Shown one piece after another: positions 12,181 to 23,264 of a stretch of 64,000 nucleotides of DNA. Location: contig RHPI01002533.1 in the NCBI GenBank assembly GCA_009103225.1, positions 276,841 to 340,840 on the forward strand. Reading direction: 5' to 3'. The notes beneath the pieces are model-generated. The model saw only the letters and a program-made list of their open reading frames with translations, did no database searches and was not told the origin of the DNA. The translations under genes and the position numbers were made by a program. The stretch comes from Chlorokybus atmophyticus. Lineage: Eukaryota > Plantae > Mesostigma and Chlorokybus algae. Numbering within the stretch: the stretch's first letter is position 1; each line of letters starts with the position of its first letter.

Positions 12181-12240
12181 CTTTCTTACTTTTCTTCACC
12201 TCGCTCTCTTTTTCTTTCTCACACTCTTCACGCGTAGTGT

Positions 12241-12252
12241 GGGCCCATAACC
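12241..12252 (-). promoter_or_regulatory. Copia-1 primer-binding site (half-tRNA iMet type)
   Basis: GGTTATGGGCCC directly after the 5' LTR; the same motif occurs at 16751 and 36994. Confidence 0.9.
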
Positions 12253-12654
12253 TGTTGAGAAGCAAGCATGCAAGTGAAGAGGGCAAGCAATGACACACAG
12301 GAGAAGGCAACACACTTCCCGATTTATTACCAACAGACCGCGGGGTTATATACCCGCCAGTCAGTACACAGTTTGTACACACTGCTGGTCTACATGCAAC
12401 AGCGTCCAATATACTGAACCATATCCTACGCTGTAAGATGTGCCACGTAGCTAACTTGATAAGCTTTGTAACAAGCTATGCCACGTCCTATAAAACTAAG
12501 TATCCTAGGAGATATGACGATTCTCCTAGGACCCTTCTCTGCAGTCCGCGCCAGGACCTTCTTGTCCGGAGTCTTCGAGGTCCTCCCATCGAGGTCCCTT
12601 CTCTTCTCTCTTGTATGCAGGGCAGGCTGACCGGATGTAGGAATATCTTCAACA
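12253..12654 (-). repeat. Copia-1 5' LTR
   Basis: Adjacent to PBS; matches 7505-7906. Confidence 0.97.
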
Positions 12655-12659
12655 CGCGT

Positions 12660-15248
12660 TATATTTGTCCACGGTGCGCTCCCCCTGTTGCACACGATGC
12701 AGCTTCTGGAAAGCACCGGAAGGCGTGTTGTCCCTTTGCAAAGCAGCTCGCTGTTGGCGGCGTGACGGGCGGCGTCTGCGTTTTTTAGTGTCACTGGTTG
12801 CTGCGGTGCTGATGTCAATTGACATATCACTGATAGCATCAGCCTCCTCCTCAACAGCGGCATCGACCTGCATAGCGCCAGCCTTCTGCTGGCTCCTGGC
12901 CTCAGCCTCCTGTCTTTGCTGGACTTTAGCCTCGTTGGCCTTAGCCTCCGCCTCCTGCCTCTGCTTGGCCTCGGCCTCCTCCTGCTGCTGCTTGGCCTCG
13001 GCCTCCAGCCTCTGCTTGGCCTTGGCATTGGCCTCCTCCTGCTTGGACTTGGCCTCCGCCTCCTGCCTCTGCTTGGCCTCGGCCTCCTCCTGCCGCTGCT
13101 TGGCATTGTCCTCATCCAGCTTGGCCTTGGCCTCCGCCTCCTGCCGCTGCTTGGCCTGCTGCTTGGCCTCCTGCTTGGCCTGCTTGGCCTCGGCATCAGC
13201 TTGCTGCTTGGGCTGGGGCTCGGCTTGCTGCTTGGGCTGGGGCTGGGGCTGCGGCTCGGGCTGGGGCTGGGCTTGCTGCTGGGGCTGGGGCTGGGGCTGG
13301 GGCTGGGGCTGGGGCTCGGCATCTGCAGGGTACATGCAGCGCAGGACTTCTGGTGGCATGTCGCTGCGCTGCCAAGAGAGTATACCATTTGCATCACCAA
13401 CAGACATGTAATGCGCGCTGGGCTTGCTTGGATCCGTGTTGCCAATGATTATATGGCCAGCCACATCGATAACATCCTCGCCAATCACCACTACAGGTTT
13501 GACGGAATGCTTCTCTCCCTTGGCATCCACTGTGTAGTACCTCCCGTCATCGCCTTCGATGAGGCCGCCCTTGTGCTCTGCTTCCCAGCAGTATAGCTTC
13601 TCATCGGCAACCTCAATGAGCTGCACAATACCGATGTGAATGCCAAGAGCGTGCGCCATGATCGCCACTTGCAGTTGATCGGCTTAAACGCTCTCTTCAG
13701 CAATCACTTTCTGCAGAGCCTCTACAGCGTTGTCTTTATCTTGCTTAGTCTTGAGTTGCTTTATGTTAAGTGCCCTGGTTACGCCATATTTCCTGGCCAT
13801 CTTTTTGTAATCCTGGCCCATGTCACCACAGGCCCCGTAGTTGCGATACTCCAGCAACCAATAAAGGTTGACCTGCTCAGCACAGATCTTCCGAAGCTTT
13901 TGCGCTTGCTCTCTTGTTGGCAGCTGTTTGCCATTGTCCAGCACAATGCTTCGCCAGAAAGACCCGTTGTCCGCTGCGTTCGCGCGTGTCAAGCACGCAG
14001 CGTTCACGCGAGGGCGCGACTGGGCAAGGCAGGCATAGAAGCAATTCCCATCTCTATAGGCATTGAAAAGCCGAAGCCGGTGTTTATAATGCAACAGCCC
14101 AACCAGCTCTAACTCGCCCTCCGTTTCTGCTGGAGGTAGACCGTCTTCTGGTTCAACAGCAGAAGCAGAGGTACCGGCTTCAGGTCGAGGCCCTTTCTGC
14201 TTTGTGCAATCTGGGACTTGGGTGGGGCCTCAGCTTTGTGCTTGGCCTCCGCCTCAACTTTCCTGCTGGGCCTCCGCGTCGGCTTGCTGCTTGGACTCAG
14301 CATCCGCTTGCTGCTTGGCTTGATCCTCCGCTTGCTGCTTGGCTTCCGCGTCGGCTTGCTGCTTCGCTTGGGCCTCCACTTGCTGCTTGGCCTCCGCGTC
14401 GGCTTGCTGCTTGGCTTGGGCCTCCACTTGCTGCTTGGGCGCCTCTGTTTCGTAGTCAAGACCGTATTCCCCGATGTCGATGCCCATAGCAGCTGCCTCT
14501 GGATCACATAGCCTTAGCTCTTCCTCCACATACTGCCGTAGCTTGAGCCTCCATTCTCGATTAAGGGAAGCCAAGTCTGGTTTGCACAGCGCTTTCTTGA
14601 TAAAGACCACCAGCTCACCCCATGACATGAGGTTCTTGCTCTTCGCCTTCGCTTTCCTCCAGTCAGAGAATTTTTTACCCCACTTTGTCTTCGTTTCTTC
14701 ATGGATGTCATTATCGGTAACAACATCTTCAAGGCCAAAATGCCCGAGGTCCATACCCCTAGCAGCTGCCTCCGGATCACAAAGCCTGAGCTGGTCCTCC
14801 ACGAACTTCCGTAGGCAGATCTGCAAGTTCTTGTCGAGCTCAAGCAAGCGAGGATCTTCATTCAGGTTCTTCTGCATTACTTCAACCACGACATCCCAAC
14901 TGTATTCTGTGGACATCTTCGCCTTCCCAGCCTTCTCCTCCTCCCTTAGTTTTCGCCAATTATTGAACCCCTCCAGCAACTGAGCCTTTTTGGTGTCAAA
15001 CAACCCCAGTGAGCATGCGTTTGTATGGTCAGCTGGAACAGCGCTACATTACTTGATTTCTTGCAGGGTTTCTGCAGGACAGCTTCCTTCTTAGCAGGTT
15101 CCTTCTTGTGCGCTGGACCCTTGTGCTTCTTGTCTGTGTGCATGACCAGTGTTACCACATGTTAACAATAATCATGCTGAACAAGCATACATTACTTATT
15201 ACCTGCAGGCTTAAACTGGCCAAGGGGAACGAGCTTTCGCTTGGACAT
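12660..15248 (-). pseudogene. Spliced gene: two ~90-aa repeats, Q/A linker, OTU cysteine protease, QP linker, start of gag-like domain; frameshifts and stops
   Basis: DGNCFYACLA (Cys 14041-14043), V*ADQLQVAIMAHALGIHIGIV (stop 13684 where OTU families have W), AHYMSV (His 13411-13413); duplicated LRLCDPEAAA.G.D.G..GL unit; GT-AG intron 15134-15202. Confidence 0.72.
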
Positions 15249-16325
15249 GATGAACGACCTGAGGAAAGCCTCACAGCCAAAAACAAGCACACATAGTTGA
15301 GCAACGTGAGCATGCACACACACACACGGCTGCCTATTTAAGCATGCAGACAAGCCTGAGCATGCACACTTTAGCCTCAGCCACAACGAAAACTGCATGC
15401 TCAAGTAAAACAGCTTAAAAAGTGAGCAAGAGGTGGTCTTACGCACGAGGCCGCCCCTCTGGTTAGCATCAAGTGGTGGCTAACAACATAGACAACATGC
15501 ACTTTTGATAGTCAGCGAATTGCTCAAACGGGCATGCATGCAAACAAAGACAAGCACGGCATGTTCTGCACCTTGTTGGAAGCAGTGCCAAAACCCTCCA
15601 GCAAGCCCACCCGAAGCTGCAAGAAACCACCTCGCCAGGGTTCTCGGACCCAATGAAGTAACTACAACAACCAAGCGAAAACACAACACTTGCACTTCAG
15701 CAATAAAGCCAACGCCGCCGCCGACCTCGCCAACAACGCCGCCCTTGCCGCCCAGCCTTGCCAGTTGCAAGTTGTGTGCTCGATCGCTACACCAAAACCC
15801 TAAGAAAACCCTAACTCATAAGCGTAATCGTCACAATGTACACCAGGGACTGTAGCGCGCGTCACGCATTCTATATAGGGCATTGAGTGTCTTGTCACGC
15901 TGGCTTAATGGATGTCAGGATTGGCGTGATGGTTAGACTGTACCTGGAGTGTGCAGGACTGACATGATGTCAGTGCCATCAGTGATGGGCTATCACCTTT
16001 GACGCCATAGCCAGCATCCCTAACCCTAACCCCAATGTTTTTGTAAGTTGTTGTAGTTTGCAAGGTTGGTGGCGGGGAGGTTGTTGTGGTCGGCGGCGAG
16101 GTTGTCTTGGTCGGCCGCGGCAGCGTCTTTACTTATAAAGGTTGTGGGCGGCGTGGTCGGCGACGAGGTGCTTGAGGTTGGCGGCGACGGCGGCAGCCAT
16201 CCTTGGTTGATGCAGAGCTACTTAGGTAGATACGTGCAAGCCTGCCTGCCTGCATGTTTTGTTTGTGCGCGTGCGTGTGTGTATGTGTGCTGGTGATTCG
16301 CTGGGGCGGCATGTAAGCCCTCCGT

Positions 16326-16750
16326 TGTTGAGAGTCATTCCTACATACGATCAGCATCGACCCTCCACACAGGAGTAGAAGGTCGTAAGGACGAGCACTA
16401 GGTCCGGACTTAGCAAGATGGCGTCGTCGGACCAGACTCCGGACTCCAGACTGGAGCCTTACTAACTGCTTTGTATCTCCGCGTATACTTACTCATATTG
16501 GGCGTGTAAGAGCTTGTTGGAAAGCTCGAGTTGTAAGGAAGACAACGCAGCTTAGAGCACGTCAAAGGGCTGAGTATAGCTTACGCAGTGCTTGCAAACG
16601 TAGACGTGTGTGTAACTGGCTGGTATAAGAACCAGCGGACAACTTGTAATAGATGAATGTGATGTGACTTCTGTATGCTCTGGTGGCGGTAGCTCTGTCT
16701 CGGTGCATCCATGCTTGCCTCAACTACATGTGCATGCTAGTCCTTCAACA
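16326..16750 (+). repeat. Copia-2 5' LTR
   Basis: TGTTGAGAG..TTCAACA followed by GGTTATGGGCCC. Confidence 0.97.
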
Positions 16751-16877
16751 GGTTATGGGCCCACACTACGCTTGAGGAGTGTGAGACTAGCTTGTGTGCA
16801 TAGTAGTTCTACACTACGGTAGCTTGTTGGTAGCAGAGCCTTGGGTGTCAACTGCAAGAAAGGCAGGCTCGACAAAG

Positions 16878-19800
16878 ATGGAGGCGACCTACGACGAGGG
16901 GCAGATTGCAAAGCTGGACACCGACAACTACAACATATGGTGCGTGGAGGTGAAGGCCTTGCTCATCCACAAGAAGGTGTGGAAGTACGTTGATCCGAAG
17001 GCACCACCACCAACACCAGGAGCGAACACTGTGTGGTCAGAGCATTCAGCAGAAGCACACTCTTTGCTTGTGTTGAACAGCAAACCGCATCACTTTCCCA
17101 TGCTCACTGCATGTGAAGATGGTAGACAAGCTTGGGAAAAGCTATCAGCCGTTTTCAAAGCGAAGAACAATGCAAGAAAATTGCAGCTACGCAAGCAGCT
17201 GAGCGCACTCAGGAAGGAGGCAGCAGAACCCATCACGAAGTATGTTGCGTGCGCGAGAGAGCTGTGGGCGGACATCATCAACGTCGGCCACAACATGGGG
17301 GAGACGGAGGTAGTGCTGGCCATTGTTGCAGGGCTACCAGCAGAGTACGAGGTCGTCGCAACCCTGCTGGAGACGTCATCATCGGAGTTGACGTTGGACG
17401 ATGTGCTATCGAAGCTGCTCACCGTGGAGCAGAGGGTTGTGAAGAAGGACGAGCAAGCGGATGCCGTCGCCTTCTACACCGGCAAGCACGCAAAGAAGAG
17501 CAATCATGACGAGAAGTATAAGGGCAACAAGCCAGGCAATCCTCGTCACAAAGACCTCACATGCCACTGGTGTGGTTGGAAGGGGCACATTGTGAAGGAT
17601 TGTAGGAAGAAACAACAGGGGCAACCTAGAGCAAGCACCAGCAACAGCGGCAACGAGCACCAACACAAGAAAAAACATGTCGCCTTCACTGCATCCAGTT
17701 CGAGGGCGAGCACAGCTTTCTGGGTGGTGGACTCTGGCTGCGATTGTCATCTCACACCAAACAAGGAGGTGATGGAGGGCTACAGGAAGCTGACGTCCAC
17801 AATCAAGGTGGCGGGCTTTGGTGGCGAAGTACTGGTGGCTGAGGGAGTTGGCAACGTACGACTCCAGTGCAAGGTTGGTAACACACTACGCGAGGTGTTG
17901 TTACGCAACGTCCTGCATGTTCCCAAGGCTATTGCGAGTCTATTCTCTGTGAGGGTTGCGGAGCGCTTAGGCGCGGAGATCCTATTTTTAAAGGGTGGCT
18001 GCACAGTCATCCTTGATGGGGTCGTGCACATGGTAGGAATCATTGATCCGGGAGGGCTCTACCACGTGGAGCAGCACCCTAAGGACATCGACATTTAAGC
18101 CATGATGGCGAAGGACAAGGAGTCGCCAACATTGTGGCATCGAAGGTTCGGGCATCTCAGCTACGTCAACCTCACTCGCCTTGTCGCTGAGAAGATGGTC
18201 AAGGGCATCCATCTCAGCACAGAAGAACTCAAGAATGCATCAGGTGCACTATGTGAACCATGCCTGGTTGCAAAGCAGCATGCTATGCCATTCCCATCAT
18301 CCTCTTCAAGCAGTCAGCATCCTTGCGAGCTTGTGCACATGGATGTCTGTGGCCCTATGCGCATTGTGGCGAAGGGAGGGGTCAGGTACTTTGCGGCATT
18401 CCTCGACGACTGCAGCAAGCTATCCGTCATCTTTCCGTTGACTTTGAAGTCAGAAGTTGCTGCAGCTGTGCGCACAGTTGTGGCCTTGTTGGAGACCCAG
18501 TCTAGCAACAAGATGAAGGCAATGAGGAGTGATCGAGGAGGGGAGTGCATCAACAAGGAGTTGAAGGAGTTCTTCGCCAGCACAGGCATACGCCACGAGA
18601 CAACGGCACCCTACACCCCGCAGCAGAATGGAGCAGCTGAACGCCTCAACAGGACACTCTTGGAGCGTGTTCGAGCCATGCTCAATGACACAAAGATGGA
18701 AGACAGTCTGTGGAAGGAGGCGGTACTCACTGCCAACTACATCCGCAACAGGTCTCCGGTGAGCTCAGAGCAGAAGACTCCGTGGGAGCACTTCTATGGA
18801 GCCACACCAGATGTGAGTGGTATGCGTGTGTTTGGATGCACGGCATATGCACTAGTGCCTAAACAGCTCAGGCACAAGCTGGAGCCGGTTAGCAAGAAGG
18901 GCATCTTCGTTGGCTATGAACCGGGTTCCAAGGCTTATAGGATCTTGCTCGAGAACACTCAGAAGATCATTGTGAGCAGAGAGGTGGTTTTCCACGAGGG
19001 ATTATCACAACCAGAAGCAGGCTTCTTTCCTAGAGATGAAGCACAGCCGGAGCATCCTAAAACAGTGGAGGCTACAGGCAAGGCCATCATCGACGATAAG
19101 GGTGAGCAGGACTCTACTGTGCAGACAAGCAGTCGCACCTGCAGCAGGAGCACGCAGCTCGGAGATACCCAATGAGGGAGAGAAAGGCACCTGACTTTTT
19201 ACACAAGGCGCACGTCGCCAGTGTGCAGAATGAGGAGCCAAGCACCTACGAGGAGGCATTGTTAGCACCAGATGCGGAGCAATGGCAGCGTGCTATGGAC
19301 GAGCAGATTGCGTCACTCCATGCCAACAACACTTGGTCACTAGAGCAGTTACCGCAAGGAGTGCAGACCATTCCAGTGAAATGGGTCTTTAAGGTGAAGC
19401 GTGATGGTCAGGGCAACATTGAGCGCTACAAGGCAAGACTGGTGGCAAAGGGCTTCTTGCAGCAGGAAGGTGTGGACTTCAACGAAGAGTTTGCATCTGC
19501 AAGTAAGCATACCACCTTCCGTGCACTGCTAGCTATGGTTGCTGCTGAAGACCTAGATCTGCATCACCTGGATGTGAAGACTGCCTTCTTCTACGGAGAG
19601 CTGGAGGAGGAAATCTTCATCGAGCAACCACTTGGATATGAAGAAGGGGAGAGAGGCACCGCGTGCAAGCTGATCAAGGCACTGTACGGGCTGCGACAGG
19701 CACCGCGTATGTGGCACATCAAGCTCACCAAGGAGCTGGAGGCACTTGGCTTCACCGTATCCTCTGCAGACCCTGGGCTCTTCATCCATGCAGACAACAA

Positions 19801-20767
19801 GGTCTGGCTGCTCGTGTATGTTGATGACATCATCATCACAGCCAGGCAGGTGCACCACCTGCAGGAGACGAAACTTGCTCTACAGCAAGCATTCTCAGTT
19901 CGTGATCTTAGAGAGGCCAAGTGGTTCCTTGGCATGGTGATTGAGCGCGACAGGGCTGCACGCACAATCAAGATCAATCAGGAGCAGATGGTGAGAAGAC
20001 TCGTCACCAAGTTTGGGCTCACTGAAGCGAAGACCAAGACCACACCGTTGGCACTTGGCACTGCCCTCATCAAGGCAAAGGATGAGGAGGTACTCGACAA
20101 GGCTCAGTATCCATATGATGAGCTGGTAGGCAGCATGCTCTATCTGGCAGTGTGCACACGTCCCGATGTTGCACATGCTGTGGGAGTACTTGCTCGCTAC
20201 ATGTCTGCACCGAGCATGGAGCACTGGAGAGCAGCAAAGGGAGTACTACGCTACGTTGCTGGGAGCGCAACAGTTGGCATCAAGTTTGCGAGCGGGAGCA
20301 CTGAGTTGGAGGGCTACTGCGACTCGGACTTTGCTGGTGACCTCAACAGCAGGAGGTCCACTACAGGCTACGTCTTCAAGCTGAACGGAGGCGTGGTGAG
20401 CTGGAACAGCAGGCTGCAGCCAACAACAGCAGCATCTACATCAGAGGCTGAGTACATGGCAGCGGCAGCAGCAGTGAAGGAGGCACTCTGGCTTCGCAAG
20501 CTCATGGCAGACTTGGAGCACCCCATGGCGTGCATCGTCATCAACTGTGACAACCAAGGAGCCATCAAGTTGTTGAAGCACCCTATCGCCTCGGCAAGGA
20601 CGAAGCACATTGATGTCATGCATCACTTTGTGCGTGACAGAGTCACAAGGAAGGAGGTGGAGTTCCAGTACTGCAACACCGAGGGCATGCTGGCAGACTT
20701 CGTGACAAAGCCATTGTCACCGCTCAAGTTCAAGACTTGTTGCGCGGGACTTGGCATCTGTGTTTGA
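16878..20767 (+). pseudogene. Copia gag-pol with one stop (18096-18098) and one frameshift (~19170)
   Basis: CHWCGWKGHIVKDC, VVDSGC, LWHRRFGH, RSDRGGE, YKARLVAKG, LVYVDD, YCDSDFAGD; closely similar to the Copia-1 protein. Confidence 0.96.
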
Positions 20768-20809
20768 CTACAGGAGCAAGCGTTGGAGGTCAAGCTGCTC
20801 GCGTGGGAG

Positions 20810-21234
20810 TGTTGAGAGTCATTCCTACATACGATCAGCATCGACCCTCCACACAGGAGTAGAAGGTCGTAAGGACGAGCACTAGGTCCGGACTTAGCAA
20901 GATGGCGTCGTCGGACCAGACTCCGGACCCCAGACTGGAGCCTTACTAACTGCTTCGTAACTCCGCGTATACTTACTCATATTAGGCGTGTAAGAGCTTG
21001 TTGGAAAGCTCGGGTTGTAAGGAAGACAACGCAGCTTAGAGCACGTCAAAGGGCTGAGTATAGCTTACGCAGTGCTTGCAAACGTAGACGTGTGTGTAAC
21101 TGGCTGGTATAAGAACCAGCGGACAACTTGTAATAGATGAATGTGATGTGACTTCTGTATGCTCTGGTGGCGGTAGCTCTGTCTCGGTGCATCCATGCTT
21201 GCCTCAACTACATGTGCATGCTAGTCCTTCAACA
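20810..21234 (+). repeat. Copia-2 3' LTR
   Basis: Matches 16326-16750. Confidence 0.97.
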
Positions 21235-21540
21235 TCCGTGTCCTGCCTTGCGGTTTTCGTTATTTGCATGTGTTAGTGATTCATTGGGGCGGCATGTAAG
21301 CCCTCAGTGACCTGCCTTGTGGTTTTGTTTCTGTGATTCTGTTGGTGATTTACTGGGGTGGTCTGTAAGACCGCAGTGACCTGCCTTGTTTTTGTGTTTC
21401 TGTGCATGTGTGCTGGTGAGTCGCTGGGGCGGTCTGTAAGACCTCAGTGTCCTGCCTTGTGGTTTTGTTTTTCTGTGAATGTGTTGGTGAGGAGCTGGGG
21501 CGGTCTGTAAGACCTCAGACCGGCCCTGTGGTGTGGACTG
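21235..21540. repeat. ~60-bp tandem array (same family as 2095-2372, opposite strand); first unit at 16285-16325 split off by Copia-2
   Basis: Units GGTGA..CTGGGGCGG.(A/C)TGTAAG(C/A)CCTCAGTG.CCTGCCTTG. Confidence 0.9.
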
Positions 21541-21871
21541 GGTGAATGTTTTTGTGACTCTGTTTCACCATATGTCATAACCCTGACCCTTACCGCCCGG
21601 ACATGTTGCTGTAGGTTGTGGCCGGGAGGCGGCGAGGTTGCCGTGGTTGGCGGCGAAGTCTTTGAGGTTGGTGGCGACGGCGCCAGCGATCTTTAGTTCC
21701 TAGCAAGAAACTCAGGCAAATACGTCGCATGCAGATTTGAGTCAAGGTCGTCGGCGGCGGCGGCGCCGGCGCAGGCAAGGTCATCGTCGTCGGCGGCGGC
21801 GGCGGCGATGCTGGAGCGCTAGCGGCTACACAGCAGATACGTGCATGCCGTGCTTCCTTGCGCATGCCATG

Positions 21872-21872
<1 letters not shown>

Positions 21873-21906
<34 letters not shown>

Positions 21907-22128
21907 TGTGCGTGCTGTGTTTGCTGCAAGCCGCTGGGGCAGCCTTGGGCATAACCCCTCAGTGGCCTTGCCTGTGCTGCAGCAAAAAGGTGTTTGCTGC
22001 AAGCCGCTGGGGCAGCCTTGTGCATAACCCCTCAGTGGCCTTACCTGTGCTGCGGCACAAAAGGTGTTTGCTGCAAGCCGCTGGGGCAGCCTTGGGCATA
22101 ACCCCTTAGTGGCCTTGCGGCAAAAGGG
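21873..22128. repeat. (GT)n microsatellite followed by three ~73-bp tandem units
   Basis: TGTTTGCTGCAAGCCGCTGGGGCAGCCTTG.GCATAACCCCT.AGTGGCCTT repeated three times. Confidence 0.9.
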
Positions 22129-22939
22129 TGTTCTTTCTGTGTGTGCTTGCGCTAGCATTGTGTCTCCCAAAAGTTATTTCCCTGCTCTATTTCTGACTCT
22201 ACTGTTGGTTAACTACGGTGTGTGATCCACAGGTAAACAGCTACCATTTAGCGATGTCCGGTCGCTTTAGGTCCAGTGTAGTTGATCTCGTCGAACATGA
22301 GGTAGGTATTTGGTCTTGACTCAGATGCTTGCATGCATTCAACAGAGGGTATGATAATCCAGCCGGCTGCTTCCAAGACAGCAGGTAAACCAGAGCTCGC
22401 ATGCCAGGCATGGTGTGTTTGTGGATGAGACTCAGATCAGAGTATTTGGCTCTGTGTTTTGGGTGTCTTGGCATTCTTACAGCTGCTATCAACAGGTTGA
22501 GCATTGCCTGCAGCATGTTTGCAGGACACCGCCAGTCACGGTGCCCAAGAAGTTGGCAAGAGCTCAAGCGACGACAGCGACAGATAAATGCATCCTTGCA
22601 TGCGTATCACATGAATGTGCATGTGTGTGTATGTTGTCCAGTTAGCTGGGGTTGATTGTAAGCCCTCATGTGTGTGTATGCGCGCGTGTGTCGCAAAACT
22701 CCGTGTTCACTACTTCTGCTGCGCAAACATACCTTGTATTTGTGCATATGTGAGTGCAGTTGTGAGGGGGTTTTCCAACAGCATGTTTGGGCAATTCTAC
22801 TGCCAGTGTTAGGCGCTTGCATGCCTGATTTGTGTCCAACAGTTTTGAGCGCAACCCGCTTTGCCTTGCAGGCTGTGCTACGGCCATGAGGTAATACAAA
22901 GTACAAGGTCAGATCTTTGCGTCATCCTTGCACAAGGCC

Positions 22940-23070
22940 TATAGTTTGGTGGTAGTTTTGGTAGTTGTATAGTTGTTGTGTAGTTGTTGTTGTTGTGTAG
23001 TTGTATAGTTTGGTGGTAGTTTGGTAGTTGTTGTGTAGTATAGTTGTAATGTAACTAATCTGCTAGTCAC
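22940..23070. repeat. Low-complexity TAG/TTG repeat
   Basis: TAGTTG/TTGTG reiterations. Confidence 0.8.
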
Positions 23071-23264
23071 TATGTTGTTGTGAACACAATTGTGGCGGTT
23101 GTGCCTGAGCTGATCTGCTGCTAGATTTCCAAGTTGCACAAAGGCACACACCCCACTGTTATCAGTAATTGCACATGCAACAGCCACACTTGGAGAATTA
23201 CCAGCAGAGCAGCTCAGCGGTAACCAGAGTGTAAAGGGCAAACAAAGTGTGTGTAGAGCAATGG

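Larger units (their letters stand above)
7505..12654 (-). mobile_element. Copia-1: full-length Ty1/Copia LTR retrotransposon with intact ORF
   Basis: 402-bp TG..CA LTRs (about 4 differences by eye), 5-bp TSD CGCGT (7500-7504, 12655-12659), PBS GGTTATGGGCCC, PPT, single 1293-aa ORF. Confidence 0.98.
16326..21234 (+). mobile_element. Copia-2: full-length Ty1/Copia element, ORF disrupted
   Basis: 425-bp LTRs (16326-16750, 20810-21234; about 5 differences), TSD TCCGT (16321-16325, 21235-21239), PBS at 16751, PPT GCGTGGGAG. Confidence 0.98.
16040..22900 (+). other. Poorly defined spliced transcription unit (short exons, repeat-rich introns), interrupted by Copia-2
   Basis: GGC-rich leader after CCCTAACCCTAA ending in a donor near 16228, a paralogous leader at 21600-21720, small AG..GT exons such as MSGRFRSSVVDLVEHE at 22254-22301; no long ORF. 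Confidence 0.3.

Noticed and set aside
12426-13596. Long ORFs 12426-13445(-), 12665-13411(+), 12916-13596(+)
   Set aside because: Alternate-frame or antisense shadows of the low-complexity QP/AEAKQ linker.
4169-15248. Endogenous giant-virus segment (MTase and OTU are common NCLDV cargo)
   Set aside because: No viral hallmark genes are seen, the genes have introns, and they lie between CACTA transposase and a CACTA terminus. A viral origin of the MTase domain itself remains open.
16018-16033. Telomere or interstitial telomeric array
   Set aside because: Only 2-3 CCCTAA units, located at presumed 5' ends of genes; better read as telo-box-like motifs.
4169-18098. Recurrent in-frame TAA stops suggesting TAA/TAG=Gln recoding (as in some ulvophytes)
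   Set aside because: The stops fall at positions where homologues have different residues (W in OTU, S/T in MTase motif X, Y in Copia-3), and the 1293-aa Copia-1 ORF has no internal TAA/TAG and ends at TAG.
7505-21234. LTR swap between Copia-1 and Copia-2 (similar proteins, different-looking LTRs)
   Set aside because: The LTRs still share recognisable starts (ATTCCTACAT..TCAGC) and ends, consistent with ordinary faster LTR divergence.
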